Shown one piece after another: positions 28,497 through 40,835 of a stretch of 64,000 nucleotides of DNA (positions within the stretch are counted from its first letter, which is position 1; every line of letters starts with the position of its first letter). Made by a program: the position numbers and the translations under genes. The DNA comes from Eledone cirrhosa (lineage: Eukaryota), in the NCBI GenBank assembly GCA_964016885.1, contig OZ024741.1:120652001-120716000 (forward strand). Reading direction: 5' to 3'. The notes beneath the pieces were generated by a model, which saw only the letters and a list, made by a program, of their open reading frames with translations, was not told the origin of the DNA and ran no database searches.

Positions 28497-28672
28497 GGGT
28501 GGTGGATTGGCAGTATCGGTAGAGGGTCTGACGCCATGCTTTGCAGCAAAGAGTTACGGCCCTTTGTGGTCTGAGTTCAAATCCCGCCGAGGTTAACTTT
28601 GCCTGTCATCCTTAAAGTACCAGTAATACACTGGGATAATTGCTGGCCTTGTGCCAAAAGTAGAAATAATTA
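28497..28672 (+). mobile_element. Second tRNA-derived SINE family (representative copy)
   Basis: B box GAGTTCAAATCC followed by TTTGCCT.TCATCCT; related copies at about 11095-11290, 22430-22610, 22990-23200, 23235-23395, 43165-43720 and 61260-61440. Confidence 0.75.
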
Positions 28673-29174
28673 TATATTATATATATATATATATAAGATA
28701 AGATAAAAATATATTATTTTCATTGATTTTAGTATTGTTTAATCACACCGTCTGGGTGATTATTCTATTATAATGCTTATATTTATATATTTGTGTTAAT
28801 ATGCGTATGTGTAAATGTGTATATGCGTGTGTATATATATGTGTCGGAGTGCATGTAGATATATATATATATATTAAATTTTATTTCTGTATTATGTATT
28901 GTATTGTATTATATATTATATTATAATTTTTATATCTTATTTCTCGCATTATTTTACTATGTTGTATTTCAAGTATTAGACTTATATTGTACTTTTAACG
29001 TGGGTTTGTTTAATGTTTGCTTGCTCTCTTGCCCTATAGTCTTTATTTACAAAAGCACCCCATTAGGTTTAACATGTCTTTCCATGATAATTTTCCTGAA
29101 TTTTCCTTAATATCTATTCACTATTCTTCTGAATTTTGGTTTGTTCTAGCCGATGATATTTCTTGTCTTTTTCC

Positions 29175-29219
29175 TTGCTCTGATGAGTCCTAATTAATGG
29201 GACGAAACATTGTCAGCAA
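29175..29219 (+). ncRNA. Minimal type-I hammerhead ribozyme (Penelope-like element type)
   Basis: Stem I TTGCT/AGCAA; core CTGATGA; stem II GTCC/GGAC; GAAA; short stem III AC-ATT-GT; GTC cleavage triplet ending at 29214. Confidence 0.8.
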
Positions 29220-29287
29220 TTAAAGATTTTTAATGTATTAAGGCTTCTTTGTTAATTTTTATATAATTATATATATATATATACTTC

Positions 29288-29812
29288 TATACATCCGTTA
29301 TTGGTGCCGTGACGAAGTTCCTCTTCCAGCTCACCCTGTCTAGTATTGCCTTCTGAATTTCTCCTGCCTTCAACCCGGTGTCGTTTTCAAGAACATCCTT
29401 CCGTGTTGTCATTGGTCCCCCAACTCGTCTGCATGCATCAGGTTTCCAGAAAAGATCTCTGCCAGCAGGTTCACTGTGATGTTTTACATGTCCGACTAAT
29501 GCGAGCCTCATACACCTTATGATGTCAGAAAGGCAAAGGTGTGAGATCTAGAGTGATTTATTTGCTACGTGTGTTCTCCAGGATATGTTCTGGACCTTTC
29601 AGCATCTGGGCGAATGTACCATTAATCCTCTTTGTGAGTGTTTTGTCAGTGTCCGCGACTCACATCTGTAGAGAGTGGATTCAATCGTTGCTTTGAATAG
29701 CCTCATTTTTGTGGTTTGGTTTTCTTGATCAGAAACACCCACACCTTTGATAGGGAGTTGAGAGTCACCCATGCCTTACTTATCCTGGTGTCTACATTGT
29801 GCTCAGTGTTAA
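29288..29812 (-). mobile_element. Decayed RTE-type LINE 3' fragment
   Basis: RI.KAW, LFKATIES, RLALVGHV..H.EPA..LFWKP; many indels. Confidence 0.7.
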
Positions 29813-30177
29813 TTTAACGTTGCATTGGGGTGCCTGAATTTTGTTTTGGAAAATTGCATCTGTGAGAGTCCAAGCAAGTCATCACAGTATTTCAGCTAAT
29901 AGAAAACATGACTGGTAACATATATATATTTATATATATATACACACTAATAAATTTACGAAATCACACTACATGAAGTTGCATTGTAACACCGTGCCAC
30001 ACACTTTATCATACTCAATGCTAACTGAAATGAATTCAGGAAACAGTGCTCACATACAGTTTGTAGTGTAGTGGCAATAATTGAACAAATTAATTAGGGT
30101 TATCAATAAAATTAATACAACTAACAACCAATTGATAATCAAATCAATTAATAAAAAATATATATATATATATTAAA

Positions 30178-30379
30178 AGAAAATGATGAAGTTTTGTTTA
30201 CATGTATTTATTATTTTGTATCGACCTGTTTCACAGAGGATGGCGCAAAGTCACACTTCCGGCATCACTCCTATCGGTGAACTTGTGCCTATCCTCTGCG
30301 AAACGTTTCGATACACAATAGAAAATAAATAAAAAATAAATAAATAAATTCATGTAAACGAAACTTCATCATTTTTTCT
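30178..30379. repeat. About 200-bp fold-back (inverted repeat) element between (TA)n runs
   Basis: AAAATGATGAAGTTTTGTTTACATG / CATGTAAACGAAACTTCATCATTTT outer arms plus inner arms TGTATCGA..CAGAGGAT / ATCCTCTG..TCGATACA. Confidence 0.8.
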
Positions 30380-30747
30380 GAATATATATACTCTGCCTGT
30401 GCGTCAAGTGTTCATATTGGTACCACTACCAGTAATTCACTGAATCACATACACTCTATATATATATATATCTGTGTGTGTATTGACATGTCTTCACATT
30501 GACAACACTTAAAAACAATTGTGACTATTAGTTTGTCCTGCAGCTTAGCAGTTTAAGGAGTAATAATAAGTGGAATAAGTACCAAACTTACAAATAAGTT
30601 TATGAAAAGCATCGGGCCATACAATGCCGCTTTAGAAAAGATCTAATACAACCCATGCCAGCATGGGAAAATTTAACAAAAATGATGTTGAGTATGATGG
30701 TGATGATGATGAGTTTCCTTATATTATGTTTACTTTTCTTTCCCCAG

Positions 30748-30854
30748 TAATGCTATAGTTGGTGAGAATGCACTCGATCGTCTTGCCTGTGCTTTAGGAG
30801 GCAAAACTATTTTGCCTCCCATTTTATCTCATATACCTCAGATGTTAACCAATG
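30748..30854 (+). CDS. IPO5: IPO5 visible exon 9
   Basis: ccccag|T...AATG|gtaagt; [35 protein letters not shown]. Confidence 0.95.
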
Positions 30855-30904
30855 GTAAGTGTTTTAAAAAAAAAAATTTAGTTTCACCTGTTTAAAAAAA
30901 AAAA

Positions 30905-31850
30905 ACTCCCTGCATAAAATGGAGGTGTGACTTATCTACTGGGCCAACAAAACTTCATATGTGAATAATTTACTGAGACAAGAATGTTGCATGTAAAATG
31001 AGGAGGTATGGCTTATCTACTGGGCCTACATGTGAATCAAGTACTGAACCTATGCTGTTTGTAAAATGGCAGTGTGACTTATCTAGAAAAACTACAAAAC
31101 ATGAAAATTAAGTACTCAGCCAAGAGTTTTGTATGTAAATCAAGTACTGAGCCTAGAGTGCTATATGTAAAATGCAGGTGTGACTTATCTACTAGACCTA
31201 CAAAACTTCATATGTGAGTCAAGTACTGAGCTGAGGGCGTTATATGTAAAATGTGGGCGTGACTTATCTGCTGGTCACTCAATTTGCTAGAAATAACTGC
31301 CAAACCTCCTTCAAATCATAACATTTCTTAAGTAAGAGCAGGAGATCTTTGATACTGTCATTTCTATATCCTAAAATCCTTCATGATCTTGTGACCATTC
31401 TATCTGCTAAGAAGAGTAGTGAAATGTCCCTCAAATGATATTGACTAGTTTATAAGGGTAGGAAACATACAGCCTTATGTTGTTACTTGATCTACTATGA
31501 ATATCAGCCAAATCTCCTTCAAATCACAAGATATCTTAGATAATGGCAAGAGACATCACATAGTCTAAAACCTACAGTCATATGGGGTTGCTTGACCTGC
31601 TAAGAAAAGTAGCCAAATCTCTTGCAAATTACAGCCTTACATAATCTAAAAGTTTACATGAATCCCTGGAATAAATTGTACACTAAGAATAATTATGCAC
31701 AACTTGGAATAATTTATGAAATAATTAGAATAAATTGTGCACCAATTAGAATAATTTATGTATTAATTTGAATGATTTATGAAATAATTAAAACAAATTG
31801 TTCATTAATTAGAATAAATTGTGCACTAATTAGATTTTATGAACATAATA
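30905..31850. repeat. Three adjacent degenerate minisatellite blocks
   Basis: GTAAAATG..GGTGTGACTTATCT about x5 (30910-31270); GCCAAATCTCC.TCAAATCA about x4 (31280-31640); GAATAAATTGTGCAC/GAATAATTTATG (31665-31840). Confidence 0.75.
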
Positions 31851-31903
31851 AAATGATGAAGATATGCTCTAATCAAAATAAAACCCAATTTATTTTTGCC
31901 CAG

Positions 31904-32028
31904 TCGATTGGCGTTGCCGGCATGCTGTGTTGATGGCGATTTCTGCGTGTGGTGAGGGCTGCCATACTCAGATGGAGCAGATGCTGGTGAACATTGTTGA
32001 TACTGTATTACCTTATCTCAAAGACCCG
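31904..32028 (+). CDS. IPO5: IPO5 visible exon 10
   Basis: cccag|TC...CCG|gtaaga; [41 protein letters not shown]. Confidence 0.95.
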
Positions 32029-33104
32029 GTAAGATCTATTTTGGGTTGTTTCTTATATATTTTTTGTTGTTGTTGGACCTCCGTCACTTCCAATAACAAG
32101 TGCTCCTGCTGTAGGAACAGAACAGAACAGAACAGCCTGCTCATGAAATTAACTTGCAAGTTGCTGAACTTCCTGCAGACCTATGTATTCTTAATGTTGT
32201 TTTCAGAGAGATTCAGCATGATACACTGTGTGATGAGGATAACCCTTTGAATTAGGAGTACAACTCATTTTTATCAGTTGAGTGGACTGGAGCAACATGA
32301 AATAATGTCTTACTCAAGGACACAATTCACCAGGAATTTAACTTACAACCACTGTCAGGCACCTTCATTTTATATCATGTACTATCTGAAATATCACCCT
32401 CTTGGTGGTTTTATGCTGGTATAGAAAGGAAAATGCCTTCTTTGGTCATGACTGGCCATGTGGTATGCACCCATGACAGATTGTCTATGGGGTTTGCTTC
32501 TCCTAGACAGGCATGCGCAGGGTGTTTTTGTGAAAATTCATCAGTTGTCCATGGGGGAAATACAGCTTGGCACCAGTGCCATCGTAATTCTTTTTTTTTC
32601 CCCTCAGCTAAGAAAACTGGAGCCACATGAAATAATGTCTTGCTCAAAGACAATGCACGGCCCAGTCTGGGAATTGAACTCAACCTTACGATCAAACTCG
32701 GCACTTTAACCACTAAGTCTGGAGGCTCATCAGGCTGGTGTTTATCCTGGTTTCCTTGAAGTTACGCGAGTGTAAGTACAAGACTTACTCCTGGTTAGGA
32801 GGGCAGTACATTGCAAGGCTAACACTCATCTACTTCTGGTACTTGTTTGATGGGATTTCACATTATGAAATTAGACAGGCTATGAGACTGCATCTAGCTC
32901 CTACTATCTGTTTTGGGTTTGGTTTTCTACAATTGGATGCCCTCCATAAGCTCACCACCTTAGAGTAGACAATGCTTTATGTGATGACACCAGCATTATC
33001 TCATTACAATGTTAGGATGTTCAATGTGTCAGACTGGGTAGGTATTGATGGGAGTGGGGTGTGTGAAATGCAGGGTATTGTCTGTATGTATGGTGGGCTC
33101 TTAG

Positions 33105-34507
33105 AAAACTAGGAGTAGATGAGTGGTTTGTGAAGGCTGTTCAAGGCATGTATAGGGGAGCAGTCAGCAAAGTTAGTATTAACGACTATAGCGAGGAATT
33201 TAGCCTGCAGGTTGGCATCCACCAGGGCTCTGTTCTTAGCCTTCCCCTGTTTATTATCATACTGCAGGCTATAACAGAGGAGTTTAGGACCGGTTACTCT
33301 TGGAAACTCCTGTATGCGGATGATCTTACACTCATAGCTGAGTCTATGGCATAATTGGAGAAGAAATTCCAAACCTGGAAGCACAGCTTAGAAACAAAGG
33401 GTCTTAAAGTCAACTTGGCAAAGACTAATGTCCTAGTAAGAAGGGAAAACAGAGCCTTGATCCCCTCGGGGAAATGGCCTTACTCAGTATGTAGGAAAGA
33501 TGTAGATAAAAATCCCATCTTCTGTCCCAAATGCAAACTATGGGTACATAAGAGATATAGTGGGAGCTCAGGTAGTCTAGCTAAGAGCGTAGCTTTTACT
33601 TATAGCCATTGCACTGTAGCAAATAAGCAGGAAACAAGCGATATCAAATTCTGGGGAGGTTCGGTAAAAGCAGTAGACAGCTTCTGCTACCTGGGTGACC
33701 AAATTAACAGCGGAGGTAGGTGTTCCAAAAGTACAGTAGCCAGAGTGAAAATGGTGTGAAAGAAGTTCAGGGAGCTACTACCACTGCTAGCTATGAAAGG
33801 CAAACTGTATGATGCATGCATGCGAACAACAAAGTTGCATGGTAGTAAGCCCTGGGTGCTGTAGGCAAAAGACTTGCAAAGATTGGAAAGAAATGAAGCT
33901 TGCATGCTTGGATGGATGTGTAACCGTAATATATATGAATGGCAAGACATAAACGAACTGAGAGAGAAACTATGCATAAGTGGAATCAGATGCAGTGTGC
34001 AGGAGAGGTGATTGCGTTAGTATGGACATGTGATGTGTATGAAGACCTTTCTCAGTTGCATCTTTCAATCTGGCGTTTTGCAGTAATACAGTAATGAGCA
34101 CAGGCTAAAGCAGAAATATAGTATACATCTAGTGTGTTCCACTTACCTCCCACATCCTAACACTCTGCCCTTTATACATTCCCAAATACCCACCATACCC
34201 ACCTCCCCAATCCCCACACACACCTCCCACCAAAGTCTCCAGCCTATGCTGTTAAAGTGGTCATGATGGCGACATGGCAAAAAGTACCCAGCCCACTCTG
34301 TAAAGTGGCCATGTAGGTGTCACGACATAAAGCACCCAGTACACACTGTAAGTATGGTTGGCATTATGAAGGGAATCCAGTTGTAGAAACCAAGCCCAAA
34401 TCAGTTCTGTATGAGCAAGACACGGTCATCTAGCCTGGCTTGTCTCACAACGGGATAATTTGTCTGACCCATGCTAGCATGGAAAATGAACATTAAATCA
34501 TGATGAT
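33105..34507 (+). mobile_element. Decayed RTE LINE, same family as 2475-4054
   Basis: VGIHQGSVLS, LLYADDL, KFQTWKHSLETKGLKVNLAKT, GKWP; multiple stops; homologous 3' UTR. Confidence 0.88.
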
Positions 34508-34599
34508 ATATAAATACAAATTTAAATAAGTTTAAATATTTGGAAGCCCAAAAATGCATGCGAGATTAAAAGTGTCAAGATAATAGGAGTTATAAAAAT

Positions 34600-36290
34600 A
34601 AAAGGACTGAGAAAAGAGTGAGAAGAATAGAATTTTACCTTGACAATTTTATTAATCTCAAATATTTTCGTATTTACCATCCATTATCAAGAGAATCCCT
34701 GGGTAGTGGTTTAGAGAGCAATTGGAGAAGAGTTGTTGATGGCTGGCCGAATTAAATTAAATGGATGAAAAAGACATTAAAGCTTAAAGTTTTGTGCGTG
34801 TGCATAGGAAAAAAACTTGTGTGAATATGTGTAATGAGGAACGCAGATTTATTTTGGTGCATGTTAGGATGAGTATATCATCAACATATCTAGCGAAGAA
34901 AGTGCAGGTATCGCAGGAGTTGAGTACTTGGCATTCAAGTCTATTCATGTAGGAAATGGCCAGTAAACCCGACAGGCTGGATCCCATGGGTAGTTCAGAT
35001 GTCTGTTAGTAGGTCTGGCCCAGGAAGCCGAAAATTGTGGTGAGGCCGAAACAATCCAGGTTGCTGGAACATTCAGTGAGTACGTTGACAGCCGGGAGTG
35101 CAGGTACCGATGTGTAGAGGGATACTACATCTAGGCTAGGCATACCTGTTGGATTTGAGTTGCTGGATGACTTCATCTGAGCTGTTGACGTGGCTTGGGA
35201 AGGTTGTCAACAGGGGCTTTAAAATCTTGGACAGAAGCCAAGAGATTTTGTATGATGGTCCTTCAACACTTGAAACAATGGGTCTGATTTTCAGGTCAGG
35301 TCGTTCTTTGTGTGTGTTGATCAGGTAGTAAAAGTCAGACAGCTTGCTGTTTCTTATGTAGTTGTACCGGTATCTCTTCAGGAGCCTTTGCCAGCCGGTG
35401 GTGATAATCCGGTTCTCTATCAACACGAGTGTGATTCCGGTGTCTTCTGACTAGAGACTGTCGGCATTGAGGTGTTGATAGACTAAGTTGTTGTCGGCCT
35501 CTGGTAATAACACATAACTCATTTCCCTTGTCTGAGGGGAGGTACACCAGGTTCTTAGATCTGAGTTTGCTTAGGGTTGTGAGTTGTGATCTGGAGAAGA
35601 TGCGGTGAGTATGTGACTGTTTTTGTAGGATGTTAGATATGGTAAGTTTCAACCGTGAGAGTTTAATCTCAAGATCACTGTTGGTAGGCGGAGGGTAGAG
35701 TAAGTTGTTGAGATGGTAGGTAGGGAATTTTAAGTTTGTTGTGCAAGTGTCAATGAAAGACAGCCACATGAGCTTGTAGGCAGCTCTGTAGAAATTAACA
35801 TCAATGTTGATTTGAACCGTCATCAAGTCGTTGTGTCAGGATAAACTTGGGTCCAAGGCGGAGGAGTTGCAGTTCATTGTTAGAAAGAGACCCGGTTAGA
35901 TCCGTGACGAGGCGTAGGTTATCGGTCTGCGGGTCAAGGGTAGTGGTGTTCATAGAGTCGGTGGGGTTTGTGTGGTGGTCAACCTGTTGGATGTAACAGG
36001 GAAGAGTATTGTCAGCACGCTTACGCTATTCCTTGCTTTAGTTTGTTTTAAGGATCCAGTCAAATTTCCGACAGTTTTTCTCAAATTGGACCTGGACATA
36101 GCAGCACTGGTCAATGGCTGTTGTAGTTTTATGGACCAGGCTATTGGGTGTTGCTCGGAGAGTGAAGCTGGTGGTGTAAATTCCATGTCAATCTTTTTAT
36201 GTAGGTGTGGTGTATATGTTTGATAAAGCCTAAAGAATTGAGGCTTTGTGGGAGGTGGATGTTGTTGATGGTGTTGGGGATCACATTGTT
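34600..36290 (-). mobile_element. Penelope-like element relic (RT)
   Basis: LPSDKG, KIRPIVSSVEGPSYKISWLLSKILKPL, LDVVSLYT, MGSSLSGLLA, RYVDDILIL are PLE-type RT motifs; frameshifted, no GIY-YIG domain visible. Confidence 0.82.
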
Positions 36291-36426
36291 CTATATATAT
36301 ATATATATATATATATACACCAACACACACACATACGTGTGTGTGTAGTGTGTGTAAGAGAGAGATTAATAAATATTGTTTGAGTTTGAATTATTTTAAT
36401 CTTGTCTCATTTTTCCTATCTTGCAG

Positions 36427-36517
36427 CATCCACGAGTACGCTATGCCACATGCAATGCACTCGGCCAGCTATCTACTGGATTTTGGTCCAAACTTTCAAA
36501 AAAAATTTCATGCTAAG
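36427..36517 (+). CDS. IPO5: IPO5 visible exon 11 (apparent +1 G frameshift at 36478-36479)
   Basis: ttgcag|CAT...AAG|gtaatt; [17 protein letters not shown], then [13 protein letters not shown] in the +1 frame; 91 nt between two phase-0 junctions. Confidence 0.9.
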
Positions 36518-36531
36518 GTAATTTTCAACCC

Positions 36532-36730
<199 letters not shown>

Positions 36731-37677
36731 GTCATCCAGCTGTAAAAAACATTTATTATATGAGACAAATTAAGATGTGGATGCTGCTAATTGCAGGGAT
36801 TGCAACACACACCTAAATAAGCAATAACACTGGGTAAAAAACGTATTACAGAATAAAAGGGGTCTTTTTTTTAAGCTGCTACAAACAATCTTTATTTGTC
36901 CTCTTTCCCCTTTGTTTTTTACCTTTTTTTCTCTCTTTCTTGCTGTTTGTAAATATATGCAACTACTCTTTTACCTGTTACAGCTGATGCCATATTGAGG
37001 CATTGCTATTGAATACTTCTCTCGTGCCAATTTCACGACAAACTTTGGAGTTGTTTCAAAAGCCCAGGCTCGCTGCTGTTTTTACCATGTTTCACTCTTA
37101 ACATCCTGTAATGATTTAGCAGAAAATATCTAGAAATGAATTTGTTAATTTAAATGGCATCTGTACTAGTTGACAGATCATTGTAAAAATTTCAGTATTG
37201 TAAAGATTTTGATTTTTAATGTGATTCAGTCATAGTGCTGTTTTGTACATTTTAAGAATGTCTTTATGCAGTTTTTTTTCAAGGTTGATTAAAAAAAAGC
37301 AGTTAAGTTCTAGAGTCAATTCTTTTTCAATATCTGTTTCTTGCTTTCTCTCTCTCCTTCTCTGGGAAAAATTAGTACATTCAGAACAGGAGAGAGGATG
37401 GGCTCCACCAGGTTTAAAATCCTTAAGATATGGTGTATATTACGACAGTGACTCTACAACTCGATAAGGAGTACAGATTCTTACATGTATGTAAATGAAA
37501 TTAGGGTAGGAGAGAAAACAAGTAAGAAAAATAGAATAAAACGGCAAAGCCTTCCTCCTAGAATAACAGAATAGACCCGTGTCGGTTTCAACATTGAATA
37601 TTCCAGTTATTCAATCAATGGAATAGCCTGCTTGTAAAATTTACATGCAAGTGGCTGAGCATTCTGCAGACACATGT

Positions 37678-37960
37678 GCATGCATGCCCTCATGCGCTGC
37701 AAGCAGCGCGTTGAGCCGGTGCTTATCCTGGTTTCATGGCTTGAAGTAAGCAACTGAGAGTACAAGACTCGCTGTTGGACAGGACGCCAGTCCATCGCAG
37801 GGTTAAACTCCCATCAATTGCTGGTACTCATTTTCAGCTGAGTATACTGGAGCAACGTGAAATGAAGTGTTTTGCTCAAGAACACAGCATGCAACCCAGC
37901 CCAGGAATCAAACCGACAACATTACGATCGTAAGCCCAACACCCTTACCACTAGGCCACA
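37678..37960 (-). mobile_element. CORE-like tRNA SINE with 13-bp TSD, nested in another repeat
   Basis: TSD TGCAGACACATGT at 37665-37677 and 37961-37973; tRNA-like head TGGCCTAGTGG...GGTTTGATTCC on the minus strand. Confidence 0.8.
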
Positions 37961-38970
37961 TGCAGACACATGTACCCCAACATAATTCTCAGGGAGATTC
38001 ATTATGACAGTGTGTGAAATACAGGTACAGTCCATCTGATGTGCATTCAAATAGTTTCTGTCTATTCAGTTTCAATTACAAGGAATGAGGTCAATCTGAG
38101 ATCATGGTAAATTACACTTAACCAAGATATCATGCTGTGGAATCAAACACAGAACCTAATGATTGCAAAGTGATCTCCTTAACTGTTCTAACATGATGTT
38201 CTAACAGAAAGGAAAATGAATTAAAATCATTAAACAAAACTTAGTCTTTTTTTTTTTTTTTTTTTTATTTTGACCATTTTTAATATCCTGATAAGAGTAC
38301 TGGATTGATAGAACTGTTAGACCATTGGATAAAATGCTATTTGTTATGGCTCTTTGCATTCTGAGTTCAAGTCCCACTGAGGTCAACCATGATGGCATTT
38401 TAACCGACAATCTACCAATTTTGCCAGCCTACCACCCTTAATAATAATAATCATAGTTTTTTTTTTTTCCGTGTGTTTTTTCCATTTTCAAATGAGTTAG
38501 ACGAATTCTCTCCTGTATCCCATCTCTTCACTTTCTCTCCTTTGTGAGTTTTTTAAAATCAGTTTTCATCATGTCTGCCCATGTCTTTTTCCGGTCTTCT
38601 TCCACAGCTTTTTCCCACTTCGAGCTCTTGGCACTTCTTCATTTAACAATCACCATCCATAAGCATTACATGACCATACCAGCACAACCTTCTCTACTAT
38701 ATACTGTAACTGATTCCCCTTATACCCAGTTCTTTTCTCAACTTGTCCATGCTCGTCACTCATGTGCACTAACATTACACATCCATCAGATTAAAGAAAG
38801 AATAAATTTCAAAACACAAATAAGTAATCCCTCAGACAGCCCTATTAAACAATGTATTCTGATTTTCTTCAACTAAGTCTCAATCCTAACTCTCGCTATA
38901 TTAAGTGAGCCAATAATAATTGGTATAATTATGCGACTTTCTTCAGCTTCCAGTCAAACTATTTTGTACT

Positions 38971-39176
38971 TTAACCCTTTAGCATTTACATTACTCTATT
39001 GTATTTTCGTGGTAAAGGCTTTACCTCACATAATATCGACTCATGAGATTTTGATGCTATTTATTTTGAGAACAATACCGTAACATCAATATGAGTAGCC
39101 AGTTACAGCCGGTTTGAACAGAAAGAAGTGAAAGAATTCTGGCCAGATACAGCCAGTTTAAATGCTAATGGGTTAA
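38971..39176. mobile_element. piggyBac-type MITE family A copy
   Basis: TTAA CCCTTTAGCATTTA...TAAATGCTAATGGG TTAA. Confidence 0.88.
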
Positions 39177-39331
39177 TGGGTTGTAGTTAATCAATTTCTG
39201 TTTCTTTTTTCAATTTCCGTGTCAAATGGACAAGATCTGTCTATGATGAGAACGTCTTTCTTCACCTTATCCTCAAATATGATATATTATATCTAGCTTG
39301 TTGTATTACTTATCTTTTTTTTGTGTTCTAG

Positions 39332-39505
39332 GTTGTAGAAGCACTTCTGGTTACCATGGATGATGAAGAAAACCCACGTGTGCAAGCCCATGCTGCAGCA
39401 GCTCTAGTTAATTTCAGTGATGACTGTCCAAAATCTATCCTCCTTGAATATCTTGATACTATATTGGGCAAGCTTGAACAAGTACTCAATAAAAAACTCC
39501 ATGAG
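39332..39505 (+). CDS. IPO5: IPO5 visible exon 12
   Basis: ttctag|GTT...GAG|gtaatt; VVEALLVTMDDEENPRVQAHAAAALVNFSDDCPKSILLEYLD...KKLHE. Confidence 0.96.
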
Positions 39506-40198
39506 GTAATTGATACAACCATAATTCAGTATTCCCCAAAATAGCTGCATGAAGTTTATAAGAAATCCTGTTGCTTTCTTTAACTCTTAACATCCTGTGA
39601 TGATTTAGCAGAAAATATCTAAAATAAGTTTGTAAATTCAAATGTTTATAGTATCTTTACTGGTGGACAGATTGTTGTGAAAATTTGTAATAAACAAAAG
39701 TAAAGACTGTATCTCTTTCATTACCAATCCAGTCAAAACTAACTCTGGTTCTATGAAGCAAAACTAGTCATTTTAAAAAGTTCCTATTTAACTTAAAAAC
39801 TTCTGACAATAGTGTGCCTTGAAATGTTGCTCTTAACAATGCCATTAATTGACTCTCTGGGGTACTTATTAATATTTTTTTGCACATTTCCTACACGTTT
39901 GGGTGTTCTGATAGTATTAGGACTCTTATCAGGTGTTTTATGTTAGGCTACTGCTGTAGAGTCTTCATCAGTAGCTTCCAGCTATTTGTAAAATTTGGCA
40001 ACAAACAACTATGCATATACAATTAATAGAAATAGAATGTCCTTTTCATGTAATTTCCATTTGATATCCAAAGGGTTAATTAATAGAAATAATTTCATTT
40101 CATGTAATTCCCATTCAAATATTCTGCTACAATTTTCCTTTACTCACACTAATTACATTTATTTTCAATTTTGTTATTCTTTATATATAAATATCTAG

Positions 40199-40299
40199 TT
40201 GGTTGAGAAAGGTCGCAAATTGGTCTTGGAACAGGTGGTCTCCACATTAGCTGCAGTGGCTGACACAGCTGAAGAAAAATTTGTCCTCTACTATGATAA
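40199..40299 (+). CDS. IPO5: IPO5 visible exon 13
   Basis: atctag|TTG...AA|gtaagt; [33 protein letters not shown]. Confidence 0.95.
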
Positions 40300-40835
40300 G
40301 TAAGTTGTTGATTAAATTAGATCATACTGTGTGTCCCTGTTGAAGTGAGCAAGTTCATCAGTGACTTGCGAGTGAAATTTGGTAGACGAAAAAATATGTG
40401 GATGTTTGGTGTGTAGGTATATGTATATAGGTGTGCTTGCTGTACATGCTGTAAGGTGGTAGTGCTGGTGCTGCAATAAAATACAACCAGTACATGCTGT
40501 AAAGAGGTTGGGGCTAGGAAGAGCATCTAGCTGTAGAAGCCATGCCAAATATTGAGCGTATGAGCTTGATAAGGTCTCTACAACTACTCTAGTCATGGAC
40601 AGTGACAACTCGATTCAGCCCATACCAGCATTGGAAGGAGGGTGTAAAATGATAGACCTATTTAATACTTGAATGGAGCTATTAACCTCTCAGACAGGGT
40701 AGGGACCTGCATTTTGAATGTATGTAAGCAAAATGCAGAACAGCCCATTTGAGAGGTGAGTAACTCTGATGAATTACTGACTTGATTTATGACAACCTGT
40801 CCAACATTTGCTAGCCTAGCAAGAAAAATAGACAT

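Noticed and set aside
30905-31280. Repeat-spacer-like pattern resembling a CRISPR array
   Set aside because: Degenerate units with related inter-unit sequence in a eukaryotic intron, no cas genes; a minisatellite
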